Shown in pieces: positions 26,701-40,128 of a stretch of DNA of 64,000 bases (position 1 is its first letter; each line of letters begins with the position of its first letter). A model generated the notes under the pieces. The model searched no databases. It saw nothing but the letters and a program-made list of their open reading frames with translations, and was not told where the DNA came from. Both the position numbers and the translations under genes were made by a program. Source of the stretch: Auanema rhodensis (lineage: Eukaryota > Animalia > Nematoda); NCBI GenBank assembly GCA_964057225.1, contig OZ059897.1, positions 22,444,001 through 22,508,000 on the forward strand. Reading direction: 5' to 3'.

Positions 26701-28688
26701 TAATTAGCATAAATTAAAGTTCACGTAAATTTCAAAGTCATGGTTACCATGCACCAATATCAATAAAAATTTGTTTTTAGACTAATATGGACATGGGGAA
26801 TCTAATTTTGAAAACTGCATCTCTTTATCTTTCACGTGAAGCGAGTTACATACCAAGTGCACATCACGTGTACATTTAATTAGCATAAATTAAAGTTCAC
26901 GTAAACTTCAAAGTCATGGTTACCATGAACCAATATCAATAAAAATTTGTTTATAGACTAATATGGACATGGGGAATCTAATTTTGAAAACCGCATCTCT
27001 TTATCTTTCACGTGAAGCGAGTTACATACCAAGTGCACATCACGTGTACATTTAATCAGCATAAATTAAAGTTTACGTAAATTTCAAAGTCATGGTTACC
27101 ATGAACCAATATCAATAAAAATTTGTTTTTAGACTAATATGGACATGGGGAATCTAATTTTAAAAACCGCATCTCTTTATCTTTCACGTGAAGCGAGTTA
27201 CATACCAAGTGCACATCACGTGTACATTTAATTAGCATAAATTAAAGTTCACGTAAACTTCAAAGTCATGGTTACCATGAAGCAATATCAATAAAAATTT
27301 GTTTTTAGACTAATATGGACATGGGGAATCTAATTTTGAAAACCGCATCTCTTTATCTTTCACGTGAAGCGAGTTACATACCAAGTGCACATCACGTGTA
27401 CATTTAATTAGCATAAATTAAAGTTCACGTAAATTTCAAAGTCATGGTTACCATGAAGCAATATCAATAAAAATTTGTTTTTAGACTAATATGGACATGG
27501 GGAATCTAATTTTGAAAACCGCATCTCTTTATCTTTCACGTGAAGCGAGTTACATACCAAGTGCACATCACGTGTACATTTAATTAGCATAAATTAAAGT
27601 TCACGTAAATTTCAAAGTCATGGTTACCATGAAGCAATATCAATAAAAATTTGTTTTTAGACTAATATGGACATGGGGAATCTAATTTTGAAAACCGCAT
27701 CTCTTTATCTTTCACGTGAAGCGAGTTACATACCAAGTGCACATCACGTGTACATTTAATTAGCATAAATTAAAGTTCACGTAAATTTCAAAGTCATGGT
27801 TACCATGCACCAATATCAATAAAAATTTGTTTTTAGACTAATATGGACATGGGAAATCTAATTTTGAAAACCGCATCTCTTTATCTTTCACGTGAAGCGA
27901 GTTACATACCAAGTGCACATCACGTGTACATTTAATTAGCATAAATTAAAGTTCACGTAAATTTCAAAGTCATGGTTACCATGAACCAATATCAATAAAA
28001 ATTTGTTTTTAGACTAATATGGACATGGGGAATCTAATTTTGAAAACCGCATCTCTTTATCTTTCACGTGAAGCGAGTTACATACCAAATGCACATCACG
28101 TGTACATTTAATTAGCATAAATTAAAGTTCACGTAAATTTCAAAGTCATGGTTACCATGAAGTAATATCAATAAAAATTTGTTTTTAGACTAATATGGAC
28201 ATGGGGAATCTAATTTTGAAAACCGAATCTTTTTATATTTCACGTGAAGCGAGTTACATACCAAGTGCACATCACGTGTACATTTAATTAGCATAAATTA
28301 AAGTTCACGTAAATTTCAAAGTCATGGTTACCATGAACCAATATCAATAAAAATTTGTTTTTAGACTAATATGGACATGGGGAATCTAATTTTGAAAACC
28401 GCATCTCTTTATCTTTCACGTGAAGCGAGTTACATACCAAGTGCACATCACGTGTACATTTAATTAGCATAAATTAAAGTTCACGTAAATTTCAAAGTCA
28501 TGGTTACCATGCACCAATATCAATAAAAATTTGTTTTTAGACTAATATGGACATGGGGAATCTAATTTTGAAAACCGCATCTCTTTATCTTTCACGTGAA
28601 GCGAGTTACATACCAAGTGCACATCACGTGTACATTTAATTAGCATAAATTAAAGTTCACGTAAATTTCAAAGTCATGGTTACCATGA

Positions 28689-31600
28689 ACCAATATCAAT
28701 AAAAATTTGTTTTTAGACTAATATGGACATGGGGAATCTAATTTTGAAAACTGCATCTCTTTATCTTTCACGTGAAGCGAGTTACATACCAAGTGCACAT
28801 CACGTGTACATTTAATTAGCATAAATTAAAGTTCACGTAAATTTCAAAGTCATGGTTACCATGAACCAATATCAATAAAAATTTGTTTTTAGACTAATAT
28901 GGACATGGGGAATCTAATTTTGAAAACCGCATCTCTTTATCTTTCACGTGAAGCGAGTTACATACCAAGTGCACATCACGTGTACATTTAATTAGCATAA
29001 ATTAAAGTTCACGTAAATTTCAAAGTCATGGTTACCATGAACCAATATCAATAAAAATTTGTTTTTAGACTAATATGGACATGGGGAATCTAATTTTGAA
29101 AACCGCATTTCTTTATCTTTCACGTGAAGCGAGTTACATACCAAGTGCACATCACGTGTACATTTAATTAGCATAAATTAAAGTTCACGTAAATTTCAAA
29201 GTCATGGTTACCATGCACCAATATCAATAAAAATTTGTTTTTAGACTAATATGGACATGGGGAATCTAATTTTGAAAACCGCATCTCTTTATCTTTCACG
29301 TGAAGCGAGTTACATACCAAGTGCACATCACGTGTACATTTAATTAGCATAAATTAAAGTTCACGTAAATTTCAAAGTCATGGTTACCATGAACCAATAT
29401 CAATAAAAATTTGTTTTTAGACTAATATGGACATGGGGAATCTAATTTTGAAAACCGCATTTCTTTATCTTTCACGTGAAGCGAGTTACATACCAAGTGC
29501 ACATCACGTGTACATTTAATTAGCATAAATTAAAGTTCACGTAAATTTCAAAGTCATGGTTACCATGCACCAATATCAATAAAAATTTGTTTTTAGACTA
29601 ATATGGACATGGGGAATCTAATTTTGAAAACCGCATCTCTTTATCTTTCACGTGAAGCGAGTTACATACCAAGTGCACATCACGTGTACATTTAATTAGC
29701 ATAAATTAAAGTTCACGTAAATTTCAAAGTCATGGTTACCATGAACCAATATCAATAAAAATTTGTTTTTAGACTAATATGGACATGGGGAATCTAATTT
29801 TGAAAACCGCATCTCTTTATCTTTCACGTGAAGCGAGTTACATACCAAGTGCACATCACGTGTACATTTAATTAGCATAAATTAAAGTTCACGTAAACTT
29901 CAAAGTCATGATTACCATGAAGCAATATCAATAAAAATTTGTTTTTAGACTAATATGGACATGGGGAATCTAATTTTGAAAACCGCATCTCTTCATCTTT
30001 CACGTGAAGCGAGTTACATACCAAGTGCACATCACGTGTACATTTAATTAGCATAAATTAAAGTTCACGTAAATTTCAAAGTCATGGTTACCATGAACCA
30101 ATATCAATAAAAATTTGTTTTTAGACTAATATGGACATGGGGAATCTAATTTTGAAAACCGCATCTCTTTATCTTTCACGTGAAGCGAGTTACATACCAA
30201 GTGCACATCACGTGTACATTTAATTAGCATAAATTAAAGTTCACGTTAATTTCAAAGTCATGGTTACCATGCACCAATATCAATAAAAATTTGTTTTTAG
30301 ACTAATATGGACATGGGGAATCTAATTTTGAAAACCGCATCTCTTTATCTTTCACGTGAAGCGAGTTACATACCAAGTGCACATCACGTGTACATTTAAT
30401 TAACATAAATTAAAGTTCACGTAAATTTCAAAGTCATGGTTACCATGAACTAATATCAATAAAAATTTGTTTTTAGACTAATATGGACATGGGGAATCTA
30501 ATTTTGAAAACCGCATCTCTTTATCTTTCACGTGAAGCGAGTTACATACCAAGTGCACATCACGTGTACATTTAATTAGCATAAATTAAAGTTCACGTAA
30601 ATTTCAAAGTCATGGTTACCATGAACCAATATCAATAAAAATTTGTTTTTAGACTAATATGGACATGGGGAATCTAATTTTGAAAACCGCATTTCTTTAT
30701 CTTTCACGTGAAGCGAGTTACATACCAAGTGCACATCACGTGTACATTTAATTAGCATAAATTAAAGTTCACGTAAATTTCAAAGTCATGGTTACCATGA
30801 ACCAATATCAATAAAAATTTGTTTTTAGACTAATATGGACATGGGGAATCTAATTTTGAAAACTGCATCTCTTTATCTTTCACGTGAAGCGAGTTACATA
30901 CCAAGTGCACATCACGTGTACATTTAATTAGCATAAATTAAAGTTCACGTAAATTTCAAAGTCATGGTTACCATGAACCAATATCAATAAAAATTTGTTT
31001 TTAGACTAATATGGACATGGGGAATCTAATTTTGAAAACCGCATCTCTTTATCTTTCACGTGAAGCGAGTTACATACCAAGTGCACATCACGTGTACATT
31101 TAATTAGCATAAATTAAAGTTCACGTAAATTTCAAAGTCATGGTTACCATGAACCAATATCAATAAAAATTTGTTTTTAGACTAATATGGACATGGGGAA
31201 TCTAATTTTGAAAACCGCATTTCTTTATCTTTCACGTGAAGCGAGTTACATACCAAGTGCACATCACGTGTACATTTAATTAGCATAAATTAAAGTTCAC
31301 GTAAATTTCAAAGTCATGGTTACCATGCACCAATATCAATAAAAATTTGTTTTTAGACTAATATGGACATGGGGAATCTAATTTTGAAAACCGCATCTCT
31401 TTATCTTTCACGTGAAGCGAGTTACATACCAAGTGCACATCACGTGTACATTTAATTAGCATAAATTAAAGTTCACGTAAATTTCAAAGTCATGGTTACC
31501 ATGAACCAATATCAATAAAAATTTGTTTTTAGACTAATATGGACATGGGGAATCTAATTTTGAAAACCGCATTTCTTTATCTTTCACGTGAAGCGAGTTA

Positions 31601-32700
31601 CATACCAAGTGCACATCACGTGTACATTTAATTAGCATAAATTAAAGTTCACGTAAATTTCAAAGTCATGGTTACCATGCACCAATATCAATAAAAATTT
31701 GTTTTTAGACTAATATGGACATGGGGAATCTAATTTTGAAAACCGCATCTCTTTATCTTTCACGTGAAGCGAGTTACATACCAAGTGCACATCACGTGTA
31801 CATTTAATTAGCATAAATTAAAGTTCACGTAAATTTCAAAGTCATGGTTACCATGAACCAATATCAATAAAAATTTGTTTTTAGACTAATATGGACATGG
31901 GGAATCTAATTTTGAAAACCGCATCTCTTTATCTTTCACGTGAAGCGAGTTACATACCAAGTGCACATCACGTGTACATTTAATTAGCATAAATTAAAGT
32001 TCACGTAAACTTCAAAGTCATGATTACCATGAAGCAATATCAATAAAAATTTGTTTTTAGACTAATATGGACATGGGGAATCTAATTTTGAAAACCGCAT
32101 CTCTTCATCTTTCACGTGAAGCGAGTTACATACCAAGTGCACATCACGTGTACATTTAATTAGCATAAATTAAAGTTCACGTAAATTTCAAAGTCATGGT
32201 TACCATGAACCAATATCAATAAAAATTTGTTTTTAGACTAATATGGACATGGGGAATCTAATTTTGAAAACCGCATCTCTTTATCTTTCACGTGAAGCGA
32301 GTTACATACCAAGTGCACATCACGTGTACATTTAATTAGCATAAATTAAAGTTCACGTTAATTTCAAAGTCATGGTTACCATGCACCAATATCAATAAAA
32401 ATTTGTTTTTAGACTAATATGGACATGGGGAATCTAATTTTGAAAACCGCATCTCTTTATCTTTCACGTGAAGCGAGTTACATACCAAGTGCACATCACG
32501 TGTACATTTAATTAACATAAATTAAAGTTCACGTAAATTTCAAAGTCATGGTTACCATGAACTAATATCAATAAAAATTTGTTTTTAGACTAATATGGAC
32601 ATGGGGAATCTAATTTTGAAAACCGCATCTCTTTATCTTTCACGTGAAGCGAGTTACATACCAAGTGCACATCACGTGTACATTTAATTAGCATAAATTA
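28689..32700 (+). repeat. 12-monomer (2112-bp) tandem duplication, monomers 164-174 / 176-186
   Basis: Marker monomers: AACTGC 28689/30801, CATTTCT 29041/31153 and 29393/31505, AAACTTC+TGATTA 29745/31857, CACGTTAA 30097/32209, TTAACAT 30273/32385. Confidence 0.9.
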
Positions 32701-33792
32701 AAGTTCTCGTAAATTTCAAAGTCATGGTTACCATGAAGCAATATCAATAAAAATTTGTTTTTAGACTAATATGGACATGGGGAATCTAATTTTGAAAACC
32801 GCATCTCTTTATCTTTCACGTGAAGCGAGTTACATACCAAGTGCACATCACGTGTACATTTAATTAGCATAAATTAAAGTTCACGTAAATTTCAAAGTCA
32901 TGGTTACCATGAACCAATATCAATAAAAATTTGTTTTTAGACTAATATGGACATGGGGAATCTAATTTTGAAAACTGCATCTCTTTATCTTTCACGTGAA
33001 GCGAGTTACATACCAAGTGCACATCACGTGTACATTTAATTAGCATAAATTAAAGTTCACGTAAATTTCAAAGTCATGGTTACCATGAAGCAATATCAAT
33101 AAAAATTTGTTTTTAGACTAATATGGACATGGGGAATCTAATTTTGAAAACCGCATCTCTTTATCTTTCACGTGAAGCGAGTTACATACCGAGTGCACAT
33201 CACGTGTACATTTAATTAGCATAAATTAAAGTTCACGTAAATTTCAAAGTCATGGTTACCATGAACCAATATCAATAAAAATTTGTTTTTAGACTAATAT
33301 GGACATGGGGAATCTAATTTTGAAAACCGCATCTCTTTATCTTTCACGTGAAGCGAGTTACATACCAAGTGCACATCACGTGTACATTTAATTAGCATAA
33401 ATTAAAGTTCACGTAAATTTCAAAGTCATGGTTACCATGAACCAATATCAATAAAAATTTGTTTTTAGACTAATATGGACATGGGGAATCTAATTTTGAA
33501 AACCGCATCTCTTTATCTTTCACGTGAAGCGAGTTACATACCAAGTGCACATCACGTGTACATTTAATTAGCATAAATTAAAGTTCACGTAAACTTCAAA
33601 GTCATGGTTACCATGAAGCAATATCAATAAAAATTTGTTTTTAGACTAATATGGACATGGGGAATCTAATTTTGAAAACCGCATCTCTTTATCTTTCACG
33701 TGAAGCGAGTTACATACCAAGTGCACATCACGTGTACATTTAATTAGCATAAATTAAAGTTCACGTAAATTTCAAAGTCATGGTTACCATGA

Positions 33793-36256
33793 ACCAATAT
33801 CAATAAAAATTTGTTTTTAGACTAATATGGACATGGGGAATCTAATTTTGTAAACCGCATCTCTTTATCTTTCACGTGAAGCGAGTTACATACCAAGTGC
33901 ACATCACGTGTACATTTAATTAGCATAAATTAAAGTTCACGTAAATTTCAAAGTCATGGTTACCATGCACCAATATCAATAAAAATTTGTTTTTAGACTA
34001 ATATGGACATGGGGAATCTAATTTTGAAAACCGCATCTCTTTATCTTTCACGTGAAGCGAGTTACATACCAAGTGCACATCACGTGTACATTTAATTAGC
34101 ATAAATTAAAGTTCACGTAAATTTCAAAGTCATGGTTACCATGAACCAATATCAATAAAAATTTGTTTTTAGACTAACATGGACATGGGGAATCTAATTT
34201 TGAAAACCGCATCTCTTTATCTTTCACATGAAGCGAGTTACATACCAAGTGCACATCACGTGTACATTTAATTAGCATAAATTAAAGTTCACGTAAATTT
34301 CAAAGTCATGGTTACCATGAAGCAATATCAATAAAAATTTGTTTTTAGACTAATATGGACATGGGGAATCTAATTTTGAAAACCGCATCTTTTTATCTTT
34401 CACGTGAAGCGAGTTACATACCAAGTGCACATCACGTGTACATTTAATTAGCATAAATTAAAGTTCACGTAAATTTCAAAGTCATGGTTACCATGAACCA
34501 ATATCAATAAAAATTTGTTTTTAGACTAATATGGACATGGGGAATCTAATTTTGAAAACCGCATCTCTTTATCTTTCACGTGAAGCGAGTTACATACCAA
34601 GTGCACATCACGTGTACATTTAATTAGCATAAATTAAAGTTCACGTAAATTTCAAAGTCATGGTTACCATGCACCAATATCAATAAAAATTTGTTTTTAG
34701 ACTAATATGGACATGGGGAATCTAATTTTGAAAACCGCATCTCTTTATCTTTCACGTGAAGCGAGTTACATACCTAGTGCACATCACGTGTACATTTAAT
34801 TAGCATAAATTAAAGTTCACGTAAATTTCAAAGTCATGGTTACCATGCACCAATATCAATAAAAGGTTGTTTTTAGACTAATATGGACATGGGGAATCTA
34901 ATTTTGAAAACCGCATCTCTTTATCTTTCACGTGAAGCGAGTTACATACCAAGTGCACATCACGTGTACATTTAATTAGCATAAATTAAAGTTCACGTAA
35001 ATTTCAAAGTCATGGTTACCATGAACCAATATCAATAAAAATTTGTTTTTAGACTAATATGGACATGGGGAATCTAATTTTGTAAACCGCATCTCTTTAT
35101 CTTTCACGTGAAGCGAGTTACATACCAAGTGCACATCACGTGTACATTTAATTAGCATAAATTAAAGTTCACGTAAATTTCAAAGTCATGGTTACCATGC
35201 ACCAATATCAATAAAAATTTGTTTTTAGACTAATATGGACATGGGGAATCTAATTTTGAAAACCGCATCTCTTTATCTTTCACGTGAAGCGAGTTACATA
35301 CCAAGTGCACATCACGTGTACATTTAATTAGCATAAATAAAAGTTCACGTAAATTTCAAAGTCATGGTTACCATGAACCAATATCAATAAAAATTTGTTT
35401 TTAGACTAACATGGACATGGGGAATCTAATTTTGAAAACCGCATCTCTTTATCTTTCACGTGAAGCGAGTTACATACCAAGTGCACATCACGTGTACATT
35501 TAATTAGCATAAATTAAAGTTCACGTAAATTTCAAAGTCATGGTTACCATGAACCAATATCAATAAAAATTTGTTTTTAGACTAATATGGACATGGGGAA
35601 TCTAATTTTGAAAACCGCATCTTTTTATCTTTCACGTGAAGCGAGTTACATACCAAGTGCACATCACGTGTACATTTAATTAGCATAAATTAAAGTTCAC
35701 GTAAATTTCAAAGTCATGGTTACCATGAACCAATATCAATAAAAATTTGTTTTTAGACTAATATGGACATGAGGAATCTAATTTTGAAAACCGCATCTCT
35801 TTATCTTTCACGTGAAGCGAGTTACATACCAAGTGCACATCACGTGTACATTTAATTAGCATAAATTAAAGTTCACGTAAATTTCAAAGTCATGGTTACC
35901 ATGCACCAATATCAATAAAAATTTGTTTTTAGACTAATATGGACATGGGGAATCTAATTTTGAAAACCGCATCTCTTTATCTTTCACGTGAAGCGAGTTA
36001 CATACCTAGTGCACATCACGTGTACATTTAATTAGCATAAATTAAAGTTCACGTAAATTTCAAAGTCATGGTTACCATGCACCAATATCAATAAAAATTT
36101 GTTTTTAGACTAATATGGACATGGGGAATCTAATTTTGAAAACCGCATCTCTTTATCTTTCACGTGAAGCGAGTTACATACCAAGTGCACATCACGTGTA
36201 CATTTAATTAGCATAAATTAAAGTTCACGTAAATTTCAAAGTCATGGTTACCATGA
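33793..36256 (+). repeat. Diverged 7-monomer (1232-bp) tandem duplication, monomers 193-199 / 200-206
   Basis: Shared markers: TGTAAA 33793/35025, TAACAT 34145/35377, CTTTTT 34321/35553, CCTAGT 34673/35905. Several private differences separate the copies. Confidence 0.82.
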
Positions 36257-36432
36257 ACCAATATCAATAAAAATTTGTTTTTAGACTAATATGGACATGG
36301 GGAATCTAATTTTGAAAACCGCATCTCTTTATCTTTCACATGAAGCGAGTTACATACCAAGTGCACATCACGTGTACATTTAATTAGCATAAATTAAAGT
36401 TCACGTAAATTTCAAAGTCATGGTTACCATGA

Positions 36433-39248
36433 AGCAATATCAATAAAAATTTGTTTTTAGACTAATATGGACATGGGGAATCTAATTTTGAAAACCGCAT
36501 CTTTTTATCTTTCACGTGAAGCGAGTTACATACCAAGTGCACATCACGTGTACATTTAATTAGCATAAATTAAAGTTCACGTAAATTTCAAAGTCATGGT
36601 TACCATGCACCAATATCAATAAAAATTTGTTTTTAGACTAATATGGACATGGGGAATCTAATTCTGAAAACCGCATCTCTTCATCTTTCACGTGAAGCGA
36701 GTTACATACCAAGTGCACATCACGTGTACATTTAATTAGCATAAATTAAAGTTCACGTAAATTTCAAAGTCATGGTTACCATGCACCAATATCAATAAAA
36801 ATTTGTTTTTAGACTAATATGGACATGGGGAATCTAATTTTGAAAACCGCATCTCTTTATCTTTCACGTGAAGCGAGTTACATACCAAATGCACATCACG
36901 TGTACATTTAATTAGCATAAATTAAAGTTCACGTAAATTTCAAAGTCATGGTTACCATGAACCAATATCAATAAAAATTTGTTTTTAGACTAATATGGAC
37001 ATGGGGAATCTAATTTTGAAAACCGCATCTCTTTATCTTTCACGTGAAGCGAGTTACATACCAAGTGCACATCACGTGTACATTTAATTAGCATAAATTA
37101 AAGTTCACGTAAATTTCAAAGTCATGGTTACCATGCACCAATATCAATAAAAATTTGTTTTTAGACTAATATGGACATGGGGAATCTAATTTTGAAAACC
37201 GCATCTCTTTATCTTTCACGTGAAGCGAGTTACATACCAAGTGCACATCACGTGTACATTTAATTAGCATAAATTAAAGTTCACGTAAATTTCAAAGTCA
37301 TGGTTACCATGAACCAATATCAATAAAAATTTGTTTTTAGACTAATATGGACATGGGGAATCTAATTTTGAAAACCGCATCTCTTTATCTTTCACGTGAA
37401 GCGAGTTACATACCAAGTGCACATCACGTGTACATTTAATTAGCATAAATTAAAGTTCACGTAAATTTCAAAGTCATGGTTACCATGCACCAATATCAAT
37501 AAAAATTTGTTTTTAGACTAATATGGACATGGGGAATCTAATTTTGAAAACCGCATCTCTTTATCTTTCACGTGAAGCGAGTTACATACCAAGTGCACAT
37601 CACGTGTACATTTAATTAGCATAAATTAAAGTTCACGTAAATTTCAAAGTCATGGTTACCATGAACCAATATCAATAAAAATTTGTTTTTAGACTAATAT
37701 GGACATGGGGAATCTAATATTGAAAACCGCATCTCTTTATCTTTCACGTGAAGCGAGTTACATACCAAGTGCACATCACGTGTACATTTAATTAGCATAA
37801 ATTAAAGTTCACGTAAAATTCAAAGTCATGGTTACCATGCACCAATATCAATAAAAATTTGTTTTTAGACTAATATGGACATGGGGAATCTAATTTTGAA
37901 AACCGCATCTCTTTATCTTTCACGTGAAGCGAGTTACATAACAAGTGCACATCACGTGTACATTTAATTAGCATAAATTAAAGTTCACGTAAATTTCAAA
38001 GTCATGGTTACCATGAAGCAATATCAATAAAAATTTGTTTTTAGACTAATATGGACATGGGGAATCTAATTTTGAAAACCGCATCTTTTTATCTTTCACG
38101 TGAAGCGAGTTACATACCAAGTGCACATCACGTGTACATTTAATTAGCATAAATTAAAGTTCACGTAAATTTCAAAGTCATGGTTACCATGCACCAATAT
38201 CAATAAAAATTTGTTTTTAGACTAATATGGACATGGGGAATCTAATTCTGAAAACCGCATCTCTTCATCTTTCACGTGAAGCGAGTTACATACCAAGTGC
38301 ACATCACGTGTACATTTAATTAGCATAAATTAAAGTTCACGTAAATTTCAAAGTCATGGTTACCATGCACCAATATCAATAAAAATTTGTTTTTAGACTA
38401 ATATGGACATGGGGAATCTAATTTTGAAAACCGCATCTCTTTATCTTTCACGTGAAGCGAGTTACATACCAAATGCACATCACGTGTACATTTAATTAGC
38501 ATAAATTAAAGTTCACGTAAATTTCAAAGTCATGGTTACCATGAACCAATATCAATAAAAATTTGTTTTTAGACTAATATGGACATGGGGAATCTAATTT
38601 TGAAAACCGCATCTCTTTATCTTTCACGTGAAGCGAGTTACATACCAAGTGCACATCACGTGTACATTTAATTAGCATAAATTAAAGTTCACGTAAATTT
38701 CAAAGTCATGGTTACCATGCACCAATATCAATAAAAATTTGTTTTTAGACTAATATGGACATGGGGAATCTAATTTTGAAAACCGCATCTCTTTATCTTT
38801 CACGTGAAGCGAGTTACATACCAAGTGCACATCACGTGTACATTTAATTAGCATAAATTAAAGTTCACGTAAATTTCAAAGTCATGGTTACCATGAACCA
38901 ATATCAATAAAAATTTGTTTTTAGACTAATATGGACATGGGGAATCTAATATTGAAAACCGCATCTCTTTATCTTTCACGTGAAGCGAGTTACATACCAA
39001 GTGCACATCACGTGTACATTTAATTAGCATAAATTAAAGTTCACGTAAAATTCAAAGTCATGGTTACCATGCACCAATATCAATAAAAATTTGTTTTTAG
39101 ACTAATATGGACATGGGGAATCTAATTTTGAAAACCGCATCTCTTTATCTTTCACGTGAAGCGAGTTACATACCAAGTGCACATCACGTGTACATTTAAT
39201 TAGCATAAATTAAAGTTCACGTAAATTTCAAAGTCATGGTTACCATGA
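36433..39248 (+). repeat. Block duplication with unequal copies: 9 monomers (36433-38016) and 7 monomers (38017-39248)
   Basis: Shared markers CTTTTT, ATTCTG+CTTCAT and AAATGC are offset by 1584 bp, but TAATATTG+AAAATTC (37665/38897) is offset by 1232 bp. The first copy has an extra dimer. Confidence 0.82.
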
Positions 39249-40128
39249 AGCAATATCAATAAAAATTTGTTTTTAGACTAATATGGACATGGGGAATCTA
39301 ATTTTGAAAACCGCATCTCTTTATCTTTCACGTGAAGCGAGTTACATACCAAGTGCACATCACGTGTACATTTAATTAGCATAAATTAAAGTTCACGTAA
39401 ATTTCAAAGTCATGGTTACCATGAACCAATATCAATAAAAATTTGTTTTAAGACTAATATGGACATGGGGAATCTAATTTTGAAAACCGCATCTCTTTAT
39501 CTTTCACGTGAAGCGAGTTACATACCAAGTGCACATCACGTGTACATTTAATTAGCATAAATTAAAGTTCACGTAAATTTCAAAGTCATGGTTACCATGA
39601 ACCAATATCAATAAAAATTTGTTTTTAGACTAATATGGACATGGGGAATCTAATTTTGAAAACCGCATCTTTTTATCTTTCACGTGAAGCGAGTTACATA
39701 CCAAGTGCACATCACGTGTACATTTAATTAGCATAAATTAAAGTTCACGTAAATTTCAAAGTCATGGTTACCATGCACCAATATCAATAAAAATTTGTTT
39801 TTAGACTAATATGGACATGGGGAATCTAATTCTGAAAACCGCATCTCTTCATCTTTCACGTGAAGCGAGTTACATACCAAATGCACATCACGTGTACATT
39901 TAATTAGCATAAATTAAAGTTCACGTAAATTTCAAAGTCATGGTTACCATGAAGCAATATCAATAAAAATTTGTTTTTAGACTAATATGGACATGGGGAA
40001 TCTAATTTTGAAAACCGCATCTCTTTATCTTTCACGTGAAGCGAGTTACATACCAAGTGCACATCACGTGTACATTTAATTAGCATAAATTAAAGTTCAC
40101 ATAAATTTCAAAGTCATGGTTACCATGA

